A DNA stretch of 29,740 bases, taken from IMG/VR virus record IMGVR_UViG_3300008116_000433, positions 1-29,740 of that record. The stretch is one strand, 5' to 3'. This DNA is from a virus (Duplodnaviria; Caudoviricetes). Of this stretch, positions 13,571 to 22,522 are shown one piece after another; positions within the stretch are counted from its first letter, which is position 1; the number at the start of each line of letters is the position of its first letter. The translations under genes were made by a program, and so were the position numbers. The notes under the pieces were generated by a model. The model worked only from the letters and a program-made list of their open reading frames with translations. It was not told the origin of the DNA and made no database searches.

Positions 13571-16078
13571 ATGGCAACCAACATGGACAAGGGGCTGTAC
13601 CAAGCCCCAATGGGGCTTGAGGCACTGGCAGAAGACGAGCCGCAGGAACTTGAGATCGAGATCGTTGACCCTGAAGAAGTCAACATATCTACCGACGGTT
13701 TGGAGATAAGTCTCAGAGCAGGGGACGATACTGCCGAGTCGTTTGACTCCAATCTTGCAGAGTTCATTCCCGACTCAGTTCTGGCCAGTATTTCAGAAGA
13801 ACTCTCAGAAGCTGTAGACAACGACAAGAACTCCCGCAAAGAGTGGGAAAAGATGTACGTCGAAGGTCTGAAGCTTTTGGGGCTACAGATCGAAGAGCGA
13901 ACAGAACCGTGGAACGGTGCTTGTGGCGTCTTCCATCCGATGATCACCGAAGCAGTTGTACGCTTTCAGTCTGAGACCATCACAGAAACATTCCCAGCGC
14001 AGGGGCCTGTAAGAACCAAAATCATAGGCAAAGAGACCCCGCAGGTGCGCGAAGCAGCCGTACGTGTTGAAGACGACATGAACTACGAGCTGACAGAAAT
14101 AATGACGGAGTACCGGCCAGAACATGAGCGCATGCTGTGGTCACTCCCGGCAACCGGCTCGGCGTTCAAGAAAGTCTACTTCGACCCCAACCTCGACCGC
14201 CAAGTGTCCATGTTCATACCGGCAGAAGACGTGATCCTGCCGTACGGGACAACCGATCTGGACACCTGCCATCGCGTAACGCACGTGATGCGCAAAACCA
14301 AAAACGACATCCTGAAGCTTCAGCAAGCCGGGTTCTACCTCGACATCGATCTGCCTGATGCTGCTCCCCAGAAAGACGACATCCAACGCGCCAAGGACAA
14401 AGAGACGGGTTTCACCGATCTCAACGACGAGCGCTATGTTCTCTTGGAGTGCCATGTTGATCTGGACATCGAGGGATTCGAGGACAAGGACAAGAGCGGT
14501 GAGCCCACCGGGATTGCACTGCCTTACGTCGTCACGATGATCAAAGAGACGCGAACCATCCTGTCGATTCGCCGTAACTGGAAAGAAGATGACAAGCTGA
14601 AGTTGAAGCGTCAGCACTTTGTCCACTATGTCTACATCCCCGGCTTTGGCGCATATGGCTTCGGCCTGTTCCACCTGATCGGTGGCTTCGCCAAGAACGC
14701 CACGGCCATCATGAGGCAGTTGGTTGACGCGGGCACACTCAGCAACCTTCCCGGCGGTCTGAAGTCGCGGGGTCTCAGGATCAAAGGCGACGACACGCCG
14801 ATCGCACCGGGCGAGTTCCGGGATGTCGACGTGGCCTCGGGTAACATCAGGGACTCGATCCTGCCGCTGCCGTACAAAGAGCCTTCGCGTGTTCTGTATG
14901 AGCTGCTCGCCACCATCGTTGACGAAGGCCGTCGTTTTGCTGCGACTGCGGACATCAAGGTCTCCGACATGTCGGCGCAGGCACCGGTTGGCACCACGCT
15001 TGCCATCCTTGAGCGCCAGTTGAAAGTCATGACAGCGGTGCAGGCCCGTGTCCACAATACCTTGAAGCGCGAGTTCAAGCTCCTGAAAGAGCTGATCCGC
15101 GACTACACGGACGACACTTACGACTACGCGCCTGAGTACGGCACGAAGAAAGCCAAGCGTTCTGACTACGATCTGGTCGACCTGATCCCGGTATCTGACC
15201 CAAATGCGGCCACTATGAGCCAGCGCGTGGTTCAGTATCAGGCAGTCATTCAGATGGCGCAGATGGCTCCGGACATCTACAACCTGCCGGAACTGCATCG
15301 ATCGATGCTGAACGTCTTGGGTATCAAGAACGCCGAGAAGCTCGTGCCGTTGGAAGACGACATGAAGCCGCAAGACCCGGTGTCGGAAAACATGGCCATC
15401 ATCAAGTGCGATCCGGTCAAGGCGTTTGTCTACCAAGACCACGAGTCGCACATCAAGGTGCACATGGCCGCATCGCAAGACCCGGTTATTCAGCAACTGG
15501 TGGGACAAAGCCCGAAGGCGCAACAGATTCAAGCGGCTATGGCAGCACACATAGCAGAACACGTTGCCTACGCATACCGCCAGAAGATCGAGCAACAACT
15601 GGGTATTGCTCTACCGCCTGAAGACGACAAGCTACCGCCTGAAGTCGAGATCGGCCTGTCGCAGATGATGGCGCAAGCTGCACAACAAGTGCTGCAGGAG
15701 AACCAAGCGAAGGTCGCACAGCAACAAGCGCAGCAGGCTCAGCAAGACCCGCTGGTCCAGATGCAGATGCAAGAGCTTGAGCTGAAGAAGGGCGAGCTGG
15801 AACTGAAGAAACAGAAGATGGCTATCGACGCTGCTGCTCAAGCAGACAAGCTGAGCTTGGAGCAAGAGAAATTGGCAGGCCAGATGGAACTCGAAGGCAT
15901 GAAGGCACGTGCCCAAATCGAGGACAACAAACAGAAGTTGGAAGCCCAAGGTACCAAATTGGGTATCGAAGCCGCTCGTGCGAAAGCAGAGCAAGAGCTT
16001 CGCGTGAAGCAAGAAGCATTGAAACACATTAACACGGTGCGGCAGTCAGCCAAAAATAAGGAGAAACCTGAAAGATGA
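13571..16078 (+). CDS. Portal protein (long, with Gln-rich coiled-coil C-terminus)
   Basis: Follows TerL; GSAFKKVYFD, YGFGL, APVGTTLA motifs; P22-like long helical tail. Confidence 0.9.
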   Translation: MATNMDKGLYQAPMGLEALAEDEPQELEIEIVDPEEVNISTDGLEISLRAGDDTAESFDSNLAEFIPDSVLASISEELSEAVDNDKNSRKEWEKMYVEGLKLLGLQIEERTEPWNGACGVFHPMITEAVVRFQSETITETFPAQGPVRTKIIGKETPQVREAAVRVEDDMNYELTEIMTEYRPEHERMLWSLPATGSAFKKVYFDPNLDRQVSMFIPAEDVILPYGTTDLDTCHRVTHVMRKTKNDILKLQQAGFYLDIDLPDAAPQKDDIQRAKDKETGFTDLNDERYVLLECHVDLDIEGFEDKDKSGEPTGIALPYVVTMIKETRTILSIRRNWKEDDKLKLKRQHFVHYVYIPGFGAYGFGLFHLIGGFAKNATAIMRQLVDAGTLSNLPGGLKSRGLRIKGDDTPIAPGEFRDVDVASGNIRDSILPLPYKEPSRVLYELLATIVDEGRRFAATADIKVSDMSAQAPVGTTLAILERQLKVMTAVQARVHNTLKREFKLLKELIRDYTDDTYDYAPEYGTKKAKRSDYDLVDLIPVSDPNAATMSQRVVQYQAVIQMAQMAPDIYNLPELHRSMLNVLGIKNAEKLVPLEDDMKPQDPVSENMAIIKCDPVKAFVYQDHESHIKVHMAASQDPVIQQLVGQSPKAQQIQAAMAAHIAEHVAYAYRQKIEQQLGIALPPEDDKLPPEVEIGLSQMMAQAAQQVLQENQAKVAQQQAQQAQQDPLVQMQMQELELKKGELELKKQKMAIDAAAQADKLSLEQEKLAGQMELEGMKARAQIEDNKQKLEAQGTKLGIEAARAKAEQELRVKQEALKHINTVRQSAKNKEKPER

Positions 16079-16356
16079 TCGGCAAATTCGCAAGCGTACT
16101 GCGCGAGAAGATACGCAAAGACATGAACGACTACACGGACGACATGGCCGGTGGCGCATGCACTGACTTTTCTGAGTATCAAAAACTTTGCGGGGTGATC
16201 CAAGGTCTGGCCCTTGCAGAGCGACACCTACTAGACCTTGTAGAAAAAATAAATAAGGACGACGAAATCGATGAGCAATCTGATAATGCCACCGGGAATA
16301 ACGCTTCCGGAACCAATTCAGCAACAGGACGAGCCAAGTCCAGAAGTCCCTATTGA
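16075..16356 (+). CDS. Small conserved protein downstream of portal
   Basis: DFSEYQKLCGVIQGL motif; ATGA coupling; C-terminal tail overlaps groES. Confidence 0.75.
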   Translation: MIGKFASVLREKIRKDMNDYTDDMAGGACTDFSEYQKLCGVIQGLALAERHLLDLVEKINKDDEIDEQSDNATGNNASGTNSATGRAKSRSPY

Positions 16357-16699
16357 AGAACGGGGTCGGATGATCCCAACCGCAGTCGGTTGGAAACTCG
16401 TTTGTGTTGTGCCTGATGTGTCCGAGAAGTTTGAGAACTCGTCACTCATCAAAGCAGAAAGCGTTATGCGGGCTGAAGAGTTCACAACAGTAGTGTTGTT
16501 TGTTGTGGCTGTCGGTCCTGATGCGTACAAAGACACCGCCAAGTTCCCCACAGGGCCTTGGTGCAAACAAGGCGATTTTGTGCTGGTGCGACAGTACGCC
16601 GGTACTCGCTTGAAAATCTACGGCAAAGAGTTCCGGATCATCAATGATGATCAGGTCGAAAGCGTAGTTGATGACCCACGCGGAATTACCCGCGCTTAA
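16271..16699 (+). CDS. groES: Co-chaperonin GroES (Cpn10) family protein
   Basis: VVAVGPDAY...PWCKQGDFVLVRQYAGTRLKIYGKEFRIINDDQV matches the GroES fold. Confidence 0.9.
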   Translation: MSNLIMPPGITLPEPIQQQDEPSPEVPIEERGRMIPTAVGWKLVCVVPDVSEKFENSSLIKAESVMRAEEFTTVVLFVVAVGPDAYKDTAKFPTGPWCKQGDFVLVRQYAGTRLKIYGKEFRIINDDQVESVVDDPRGITRA

Positions 16700-16711
16700 C
16701 AAGGAGGCAGT

Positions 16712-17704
16712 ATGGATGAGTTCAAGTTTCCTGATGAACTTGGCGTAGAGGGTAACGACCCCAAAGCCGAGGACAAACAGGGCAATCTCGCCGCCGGGGA
16801 AAGTGATGTCGAAATTGAAATAATCGACGACACCCCGCCGCAAGATCGGGGGCGCAAGCCGTTGGAAAGACCGGTTGAAGACCCGACCGACGACGAGATT
16901 GAGAATTACTCGGACAAGGTGCAGGCTCGAATCAAAGAGCTGACGCATGCTCGGCATGACGAGCGCCGTCGCAAAGAAGAACTGTTGCGAGAAAAGCAAG
17001 AGCTGGAACGTCTGATGGCGTACCTGTCTGAAGAGAACAAGAAGCTCAAGCAGACAGTGAACTACGGCCAAGAGGCGTACATCACGACAGCCAAGTCGGC
17101 TGCCGAAGCTCAGGTAGAAGCTGCTCGTCGCCAGTTGCGCGACGCCCAAGAATCGTTTGACACTGATGCCATCATCGCTGCGCAAGAAGCTCTGATGGAG
17201 GCCAAGGTTAGATTCGAGCAAGTAAAAAATTATCGCGTCGCCCCTTTACAAGAAGAGGAAGACGATGTACAACAGCGGTATACACAACCCCAACCGGTCC
17301 AACAACCGGTACAGGCCGACGAGAAGACCCTGCGCTGGCAGGCAAGAAACCAGTGGTACGGCGCTCCGGGGTTCGAGGAATACACCAGCTACGCACTAGG
17401 GCTGCATCACAAACTAGTCAACGCGGGCATTGACCCACGCACAGACCAATACTTCGCTCAGATTGACGAGCGCATGCACAAGACGTTCCCCGAACTTTTC
17501 GGCGGGAACAGCGAATCCAGTACTCAGCAAGAAGCTGCCCCTACGGCCAAAAAGCCAGCTACGGTTGTTGCGCCAGCGAGTCGCTCGTCTGGAAAAAAGA
17601 CAATCCAACTTACTCAGAACCAGCTTGTTCTGGCGAAGAAGTACGGGTTGACCCCGCAGCAATACGCTGCTGAAGTGGCTAAATTGGAGGCAAGAAATGG
17701 CTGA
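16712..17704 (+). CDS. Capsid scaffolding protein (putative)
   Basis: Acidic N-terminus, long coiled coil, C-terminal AKKYGLTPQQYA helix; lies between portal and capsid. Confidence 0.75.
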   Translation: MDEFKFPDELGVEGNDPKAEDKQGNLAAGESDVEIEIIDDTPPQDRGRKPLERPVEDPTDDEIENYSDKVQARIKELTHARHDERRRKEELLREKQELERLMAYLSEENKKLKQTVNYGQEAYITTAKSAAEAQVEAARRQLRDAQESFDTDAIIAAQEALMEAKVRFEQVKNYRVAPLQEEEDDVQQRYTQPQPVQQPVQADEKTLRWQARNQWYGAPGFEEYTSYALGLHHKLVNAGIDPRTDQYFAQIDERMHKTFPELFGGNSESSTQQEAAPTAKKPATVVAPASRSSGKKTIQLTQNQLVLAKKYGLTPQQYAAEVAKLEARNG

Positions 17705-18140
17705 GACTCAAGATCGCAACCCACGTGAACTTTCTTCACGCGAAAAAAACGCAAGGTATGTGTACGTTCCACCTACCAACCTTCCTGATCCGACGCCGGA
17801 CCCAGACTTTGATTTCCGTTGGATTGCCACGCATGTGGCGAACCAAGCTGATCCGGGGAATGTGTCTAAGCGTATGAGGGAGGGCTGGTCTCCGGTAAAA
17901 GCCGAAGATCATCCGGAACTGCGACTCTTTGCAACCCCATCGGGGAATGTCGAAATTGGCGGTCTGATGCTTTGTAAGATTCCTAAGAAGGTTGTGGCTG
18001 CTCGTGCAGAGTACTACAACCAACAGTCGGAAAAGCAGATGGAGTCAGTCGACAACAATCTAATGCGCCAAAGTGATCCTCGTATGCCGATCTTTAACGA
18101 GAGGGAGTCCGAGGTGCGTTTTGGCAAAGGACGTAAATAA
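17697..18140 (+). CDS. Conserved head-module protein
   Basis: FRWI...NVSKRMREGWSPV...GGLMLCKIP pattern; lies between scaffold and capsid. Confidence 0.75.
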   Translation: MAETQDRNPRELSSREKNARYVYVPPTNLPDPTPDPDFDFRWIATHVANQADPGNVSKRMREGWSPVKAEDHPELRLFATPSGNVEIGGLMLCKIPKKVVAARAEYYNQQSEKQMESVDNNLMRQSDPRMPIFNERESEVRFGKGRK

Positions 18141-18156
18141 CCTTTTGGAGTAAAAC

Positions 18157-18738
18157 ATGGCTTATCCTACAGTAAGCGCTCCGTACGGTTTTCAACCGAT
18201 CAACCGGGTTGATGGCATGCCTTATGCTGGTGCAACGCGTTCATACGCGATTGACTCAGCGGCAGACATCTTCAACGGCGATCTGGTGATAATCGTTGCG
18301 GGTGAAGTTCTACCTTTCCCCGGCACCGCTTCGGGCTTCCCCGTAGGTGTTTTTGTTGGCTGCTCGTACACCAACTCTTCTGGTCAGACCGTTAACGGTC
18401 AGTACTACCCAGCAGGCGCGGCTAACGGCATCGCCAAAGTCGTCGTTGATGATCAGGCTGCGTACAAAGTGGCTGTCACCTCTACCGGCAACACCATCAG
18501 CTCCGCGCTGACCGCTGCTGTTATTGGTAACAACATTGCTGTTCAGCAAGGTCTTGGCGGCAGCACCACTACTGGCAATTCGAGCATGTCGGTTGATGCA
18601 GGTACTGAAGACGATACGTCGACGCTGCCAATTCGTATCATTGACGTGGTTCCTGAGACGAAGACCTCGACTGGCTATCCGGAGTTGATCGTCAAGATCA
18701 ACGTGACTCAATTCCAGAACGCCACAGGCGTGGTCTAA
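18157..18738 (+). CDS. Capsid cement/decoration protein (putative)
   Basis: Gly/Thr/Ala-rich beta protein (PYGFQP, IFNGDLV, GVFVGC) directly upstream of the major capsid gene. Confidence 0.65.
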   Translation: MAYPTVSAPYGFQPINRVDGMPYAGATRSYAIDSAADIFNGDLVIIVAGEVLPFPGTASGFPVGVFVGCSYTNSSGQTVNGQYYPAGAANGIAKVVVDDQAAYKVAVTSTGNTISSALTAAVIGNNIAVQQGLGGSTTTGNSSMSVDAGTEDDTSTLPIRIIDVVPETKTSTGYPELIVKINVTQFQNATGVV

Positions 18739-18750
18739 GGAGACTAAATC

Positions 18751-19662
18751 ATGGCAATTTCACGCGCCCAACTACTGAAAGAGCTTCTGCCCGGTCTGAA
18801 CGCTCTGTTCGGTCTGGAATATGCTCGTTACGGCGAAGAGCACAAGGAAATCTACGAGACCGAGACTTCCGAGCGTTCGTTCGAAGAAGAAACCAAGCTG
18901 TCTGGCTTCAGCGCCGCACCGGTCAAGAACGAAGGTTCCTCGATCGCGTACGACGTGGCACAAGAAGCATGGACCGCTCGCTTCAACCACGAGACAATCG
19001 CTCTGGGCTTCTCGATCACCGAAGAGGCAATCGAAGACAACCTGTATGACAGCCTCTCGGCTCGTTATACCAAGGGTCTGGCTCGCGCAATGGCTTACAC
19101 CAAGCAAGTCAAAGCTGCAGCCGTTCTGAACAACGGCTTCACTGGCGGTGCCTACGCAGGCGGCGACGGTCAAGCACTGTTCTCCCAGAACCACCCGCTG
19201 ATTTCTGGCGGCGTCAACAGCAACACCCCGTCGACCCCGGCCGACCTGAACGAGACTTCGCTTGAAAACGCAGTCATTCAGATCGCTGCTTGGACTGACG
19301 AACGTGGTCTGCTGATTGCAGCTCGTCCGAAAAAGCTGATCATCCCGCCTGCTCTGCAGTTCGTTGCGACTCGTCTGCTGGAAACCAACCTGCGTGTTGG
19401 TACCAACGACAACGATATCAACGCTCTGAAGAACAACGGTTCGATCCCCGGTGGCTACGCGATCAACCACTTCCTGACCGATCCGAACGCATGGTTCCTG
19501 ACCACCGACGTTCCTAACGGCATGAAGCACTTTATTCGTGTTGCTCTGGACACCAAAATGGACGGAGATTTCGATACTGGCAACGTTCGCTACAAAGCAC
19601 GTGAGCGTTACAGCTTCGGATTCAGCGATCCGCTCGGCATGTACGGTTCGCCCGGTGCCTAA
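18751..19662 (+). CDS. Major capsid protein (Mu gpT-like, HK97 fold)
   Basis: MAISRAQLLKELLPGLNALFGLEY...GDGQALFS..HP...PKKLIIPPAL...ARERYSFG; strongly biased codons. Confidence 0.93.
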   Translation: MAISRAQLLKELLPGLNALFGLEYARYGEEHKEIYETETSERSFEEETKLSGFSAAPVKNEGSSIAYDVAQEAWTARFNHETIALGFSITEEAIEDNLYDSLSARYTKGLARAMAYTKQVKAAAVLNNGFTGGAYAGGDGQALFSQNHPLISGGVNSNTPSTPADLNETSLENAVIQIAAWTDERGLLIAARPKKLIIPPALQFVATRLLETNLRVGTNDNDINALKNNGSIPGGYAINHFLTDPNAWFLTTDVPNGMKHFIRVALDTKMDGDFDTGNVRYKARERYSFGFSDPLGMYGSPGA

Positions 19663-19665
19663 TGA

Positions 19666-19698
19666 AAATGGGGGGTCTCGGCCCCCCATTTCTGTGTT
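19666..19698 (+). terminator. Intrinsic terminator after the capsid gene
   Basis: AAATGGGGGG/CCCCCCATTT stem followed by CTGTGTT. Confidence 0.6.
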
Positions 19699-19713
19699 AT
19701 AAAGCTTCAAATT

Positions 19714-19790
19714 CCGGGAGTACCCGGTGTGTCGAACAGGTCCCGGCCTGACTTCATGCAGATCGACATACCTAACCGCATGAGGGAAAA
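19714..19790 (+). ncRNA. Pseudoknotted structured RNA downstream of gpT-like capsid gene (possibly Mu-gpT-DE motif)
   Basis: P1 19726-19735/19763-19772; P2 19737-19741/19746-19750; pseudoknot 19752-19759/19778-19785 covering the SD of the next gene. Motif name is from recalled genomic context only. Confidence 0.6.
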
Positions 19791-19795
19791 TTCAA

Positions 19796-20290
19796 ATGGG
19801 TATTTCTACCACTCAAAGTATTTGGCGTTCGGGCGGCGGCGATCAAACTCGCACCGCGTATTGTGGCACAGGCGTTATGACTGCCGAATGGTACGTCGCT
19901 GATATTGCTACTCAAGCTGGCAACCTCAAAAACCAAGCTACTACTGCTTCCGTTACTGGTCAAAACATTATCCTGCCAGCGGGCGCGGTAATCATTGAGA
20001 TCGCAACTACTGTTGCATCTACTACCGCAGGTACGTTGGACTTCGGTTTCACCTTGTACACTTCTGGTACAGCCAGCCCTGCTGCTTTGATTAACGAGCA
20101 ACCGACTACTCGTACAACTACTACACTAGCTACAGCTACGTTGCCCGGTGCTTCGTTTGCCGTTCCTATGTCGTTGACACAAATGGTTTACCTGACTGCA
20201 CGTACTGGCGCATCCGCTGGTACAGGCCCTTGTTCAGGGTACATTGTGTACTACGTAGAAGACCCGTATGTCGGAATGCAAAACGTCTAA
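19796..20290 (+). CDS. Virion structural protein (putative)
   Basis: Thr/Ala/Gly-rich beta protein (IILPAGAVI) after the capsid gene. Confidence 0.7.
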   Translation: MGISTTQSIWRSGGGDQTRTAYCGTGVMTAEWYVADIATQAGNLKNQATTASVTGQNIILPAGAVIIEIATTVASTTAGTLDFGFTLYTSGTASPAALINEQPTTRTTTTLATATLPGASFAVPMSLTQMVYLTARTGASAGTGPCSGYIVYYVEDPYVGMQNV

Positions 20291-20305
20291 TAAGGAGGCA
20301 TCGCC

Positions 20306-20578
20306 ATGATGCAAACAGACGTAAAAGCCGCGCAGGTAACCTCTACCAATACGGCGTACGCTGATACAACCCGTGTAAAAGCGGTGACGGTTAGCTACGC
20401 CTCTGGTGGTACGGTTGTCCTGAAGGACGGCGGTTCTAGCGGTACTACGCGGTTTTCGTTTACGGCACCAGCGGCAGCAGGGTCAGAGCATATTCTGTTC
20501 CCCGGCGAAGGCATCAAGTTCAACACTGATGTACATGCCACGCTGTCTAGCGCAACCATCGTGGTGTTCTATGGCTAA
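20306..20578 (+). CDS. Small virion structural protein (putative)
   Basis: MQTDVK...RVKAV...FPGEGIKF...VFYG; AAGGAGG SD. Confidence 0.75.
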   Translation: MMQTDVKAAQVTSTNTAYADTTRVKAVTVSYASGGTVVLKDGGSSGTTRFSFTAPAAAGSEHILFPGEGIKFNTDVHATLSSATIVVFYG

Positions 20579-20825
20579 GACTCCGGCATGGCAGCGTAAA
20601 GAGGGCAAGTCCGAGAAGGGTGGCTTGAACGCCAAAGGACGCGCTTCCTATAACAAAGCCAACCCGGGGAAACCGGGTCTTAAGGCTCCTCAACCTGAAG
20701 GCGGGCCACGGAAGAAATCATTCTGTGCCCGTATGTCAGGGATGAAGAAAAAGCTGACTTCATCTAAGACAGCTAACGACCCGAATAGCCGCATTAATAA
20801 ATCTTTGAGAGCTTGGAAGTGTTAA
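20571..20825 (+). CDS. Small basic protein (DUF6321-like, recalled)
   Basis: GGLNAKGRASY...RKKSFCARM...SLRAWKC; start at ATG 20571. Confidence 0.75.
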   Translation: MAKTPAWQRKEGKSEKGGLNAKGRASYNKANPGKPGLKAPQPEGGPRKKSFCARMSGMKKKLTSSKTANDPNSRINKSLRAWKC

Positions 20826-20827
20826 AC

Positions 20828-21067
20828 ATGGTAGCTCCAGAAATTGAAACTGCGCGTGAGTTAGCTACTCATGCTAACGACATAAAACATCTGCAAGACG
20901 ATATGGATAAGCTCGTCTCCGACATGGAGTCCATAAAGCAATCCCTTCAAAATATTGACAAGAAGTTGTCACAGGCCGAAGGCGGCTGGAAGGTACTCAT
21001 GTTTATAGGCGGCGTAAGTAACATTATAACCGCGCTAGTGGTGCACTTTTTTGGGGGTAAGTCATGA
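20828..21067 (+). CDS. Coiled-coil plus C-terminal TM protein (holin/XhlA-like architecture)
   Basis: Heptad N-terminus followed by GGWKVLMFIGGVSNIITALVVHFF. Confidence 0.6.
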   Translation: MVAPEIETARELATHANDIKHLQDDMDKLVSDMESIKQSLQNIDKKLSQAEGGWKVLMFIGGVSNIITALVVHFFGGKS

Positions 21068-21522
21068 AGAAAACCAAACGGTATGCCGTTGGTGGTATGA
21101 GCGACGAAGAAGGCAAATATAAAATTTTTGCCGGTTCTCCTGCTGAAGACGATGGTATGCGTCCCGGCAGGAATCTTGCGCTGGAACCTGACGTTACCCC
21201 ACGCCCCCGTCCTCGCCCTAAAATGCCCCGCCCCCGTCTTAGAGGTGCGCAGGAATTTCCTATCAGTGTAAACACTATGGAATCTGGCGCAGATGTGATG
21301 AAGCGTGGTCAAGCTACCCGCGATGGTTCTGATTCTTCCCCGCTAGACAAATACAACCGCGACAAAGAAACTAGAGCTACGCGTGACAAGCGCAAAATGG
21401 ACTTGGCAGTTGAGCGTGTGAAAGCTGGCGTTGGGTACAAGAAAGGTGGTTCCGTGGGTTCTGCCTCCAAACGTGCTGATGGCTGCGCCCAGCGTGGTAA
21501 GACGAAAGGCAGGGTGATCTGA
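21064..21522 (+). CDS. Basic low-complexity protein with KKGG/ADGCAQRGKTKG tail
   Basis: Ends YKKGGSVGSASKRADGCAQRGKTKGRVI. Confidence 0.75.
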   Translation: MKKTKRYAVGGMSDEEGKYKIFAGSPAEDDGMRPGRNLALEPDVTPRPRPRPKMPRPRLRGAQEFPISVNTMESGADVMKRGQATRDGSDSSPLDKYNRDKETRATRDKRKMDLAVERVKAGVGYKKGGSVGSASKRADGCAQRGKTKGRVI

Positions 21523-21764
21523 TGGCCGCGCCCACTTTTGAAGAACTTAAAAAACAGTTGAGGGAAGAGAAGCCCTACGTTCCGCCCGCGCAAGGTAAGG
21601 ACAAAAAAGAAGCTGACATCTTTAGGGAAGGTATGAAGCCGCCGTCGCCTGACGAAGGGCCGACTAAACCTGTTAAAAAAGCTAAAGGTGGAGTAATTAG
21701 TTCAGCTTCCAAACGCGCAGACGGTTGCGCTCAACGCGGTAAAACTAAAGGGCGGATGGTGTAA
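21522..21764 (+). CDS. Basic small protein with AKGG/ADGCAQRGKTKG tail
   Basis: Ends KAKGGVISSASKRADGCAQRGKTKGRMV; TGATG coupling. Confidence 0.75.
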   Translation: MAAPTFEELKKQLREEKPYVPPAQGKDKKEADIFREGMKPPSPDEGPTKPVKKAKGGVISSASKRADGCAQRGKTKGRMV

Positions 21765-22099
21765 TGCCCGCCGTTAGTAAAAAGCAAGAACGGTTTATGC
21801 AGGCTGTAGCCCACAACCCTGCATTTGCTAAGAAGGCCGGTGTGCCGCAATCTGTGGGGAAAGAGTTTACTAAATCTGGAGGCGGTATGGCTGAGTCAAA
21901 AAAGATGGTTAAGGAAGAAGTTGCGTTCATGAAGAAAAAAGGCGCTCCTAAAGCCATGATCAAGCATGAAAAAGCCGAAATGAAAGGCATGAAAAAAGGT
22001 GGCGCGGTCAAGACTGCGGCTCCTAGTATTGATGGTCTAGCCAAAAAGGGTAAAACCAAAGGTAAGATCGTCAAGATGGCTTACGGCGGTAAGTGCTGA
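21764..22099 (+). CDS. Lys/Met-rich small protein
   Basis: MPAVSKKQERFMQAVAHNPAFAKKAGVPQSVGKEF...MKKGGAV...DGLAKKGKTKG. Confidence 0.75.
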   Translation: MPAVSKKQERFMQAVAHNPAFAKKAGVPQSVGKEFTKSGGGMAESKKMVKEEVAFMKKKGAPKAMIKHEKAEMKGMKKGGAVKTAAPSIDGLAKKGKTKGKIVKMAYGGKC

Positions 22100-22100
22100 T

Positions 22101-22346
22101 ATGAGGGCCTCTCGGGGAATGGGGGTTATTAATCCCAAAAAGATGCCTAAGACCACGGTAAAACGTGACGGCAACGAACCCGTTAAGCTGTACAAAAAGG
22201 GTGGTGAGGTATGGGACAGCCCCAACCCCAAGAAAAAATCCACCCCTTTAAGTCCTGCCAAAAAGGCTAAAGCAAAAGCAGCAGCCAAAGCCGCTGGTAG
22301 GCCGTATCCAAACTTAATCGACAACATGAGAATGGCGAGGAAGTGA
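22101..22346 (+). CDS. Lys-rich small protein
   Basis: SRGMGVINP...YKKGGEV...GRPYPNLIDNM. Confidence 0.7.
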   Translation: MRASRGMGVINPKKMPKTTVKRDGNEPVKLYKKGGEVWDSPNPKKKSTPLSPAKKAKAKAAAKAAGRPYPNLIDNMRMARK

Positions 22347-22522
22347 TGGCTGAAAAATGGATACAGAAGGCAATAAAGAAGCCCGGTGCGCTACGTGCTC
22401 AACTTGGCGCAAAAGAAGGACAGCCCATCCCGGCAAAGAAGCTTGCTGCCGCTGCCCAAAAACCCGGGAAAGTGGGCAAGAGAGCACGTTTAGCTCAGAC
22501 ATTGAAGAAATTGGGCAAATAA
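22346..22522 (+). CDS. Lys-rich small protein (58 aa)
   Basis: Not in ORF track: MAEKWIQKAIKKPGALRAQLG...GKRARLAQTLKKLGK; abuts both neighbours exactly. Confidence 0.75.
   Translation: MAEKWIQKAIKKPGALRAQLGAKEGQPIPAKKLAAAAQKPGKVGKRARLAQTLKKLGK

Noticed and set aside
16271-16356. 86-nt overlap between the post-portal ORF and groES as a dual-coding signal
   Set aside because: The overlapping tail is low-complexity and most simply reflects a late stop codon.
14141-19710. Long antisense ORFs (14141-15598, 16442-17221, 18772-19710)
   Set aside because: They mirror strongly codon-biased portal, scaffold and capsid genes and have no recognisable motifs.
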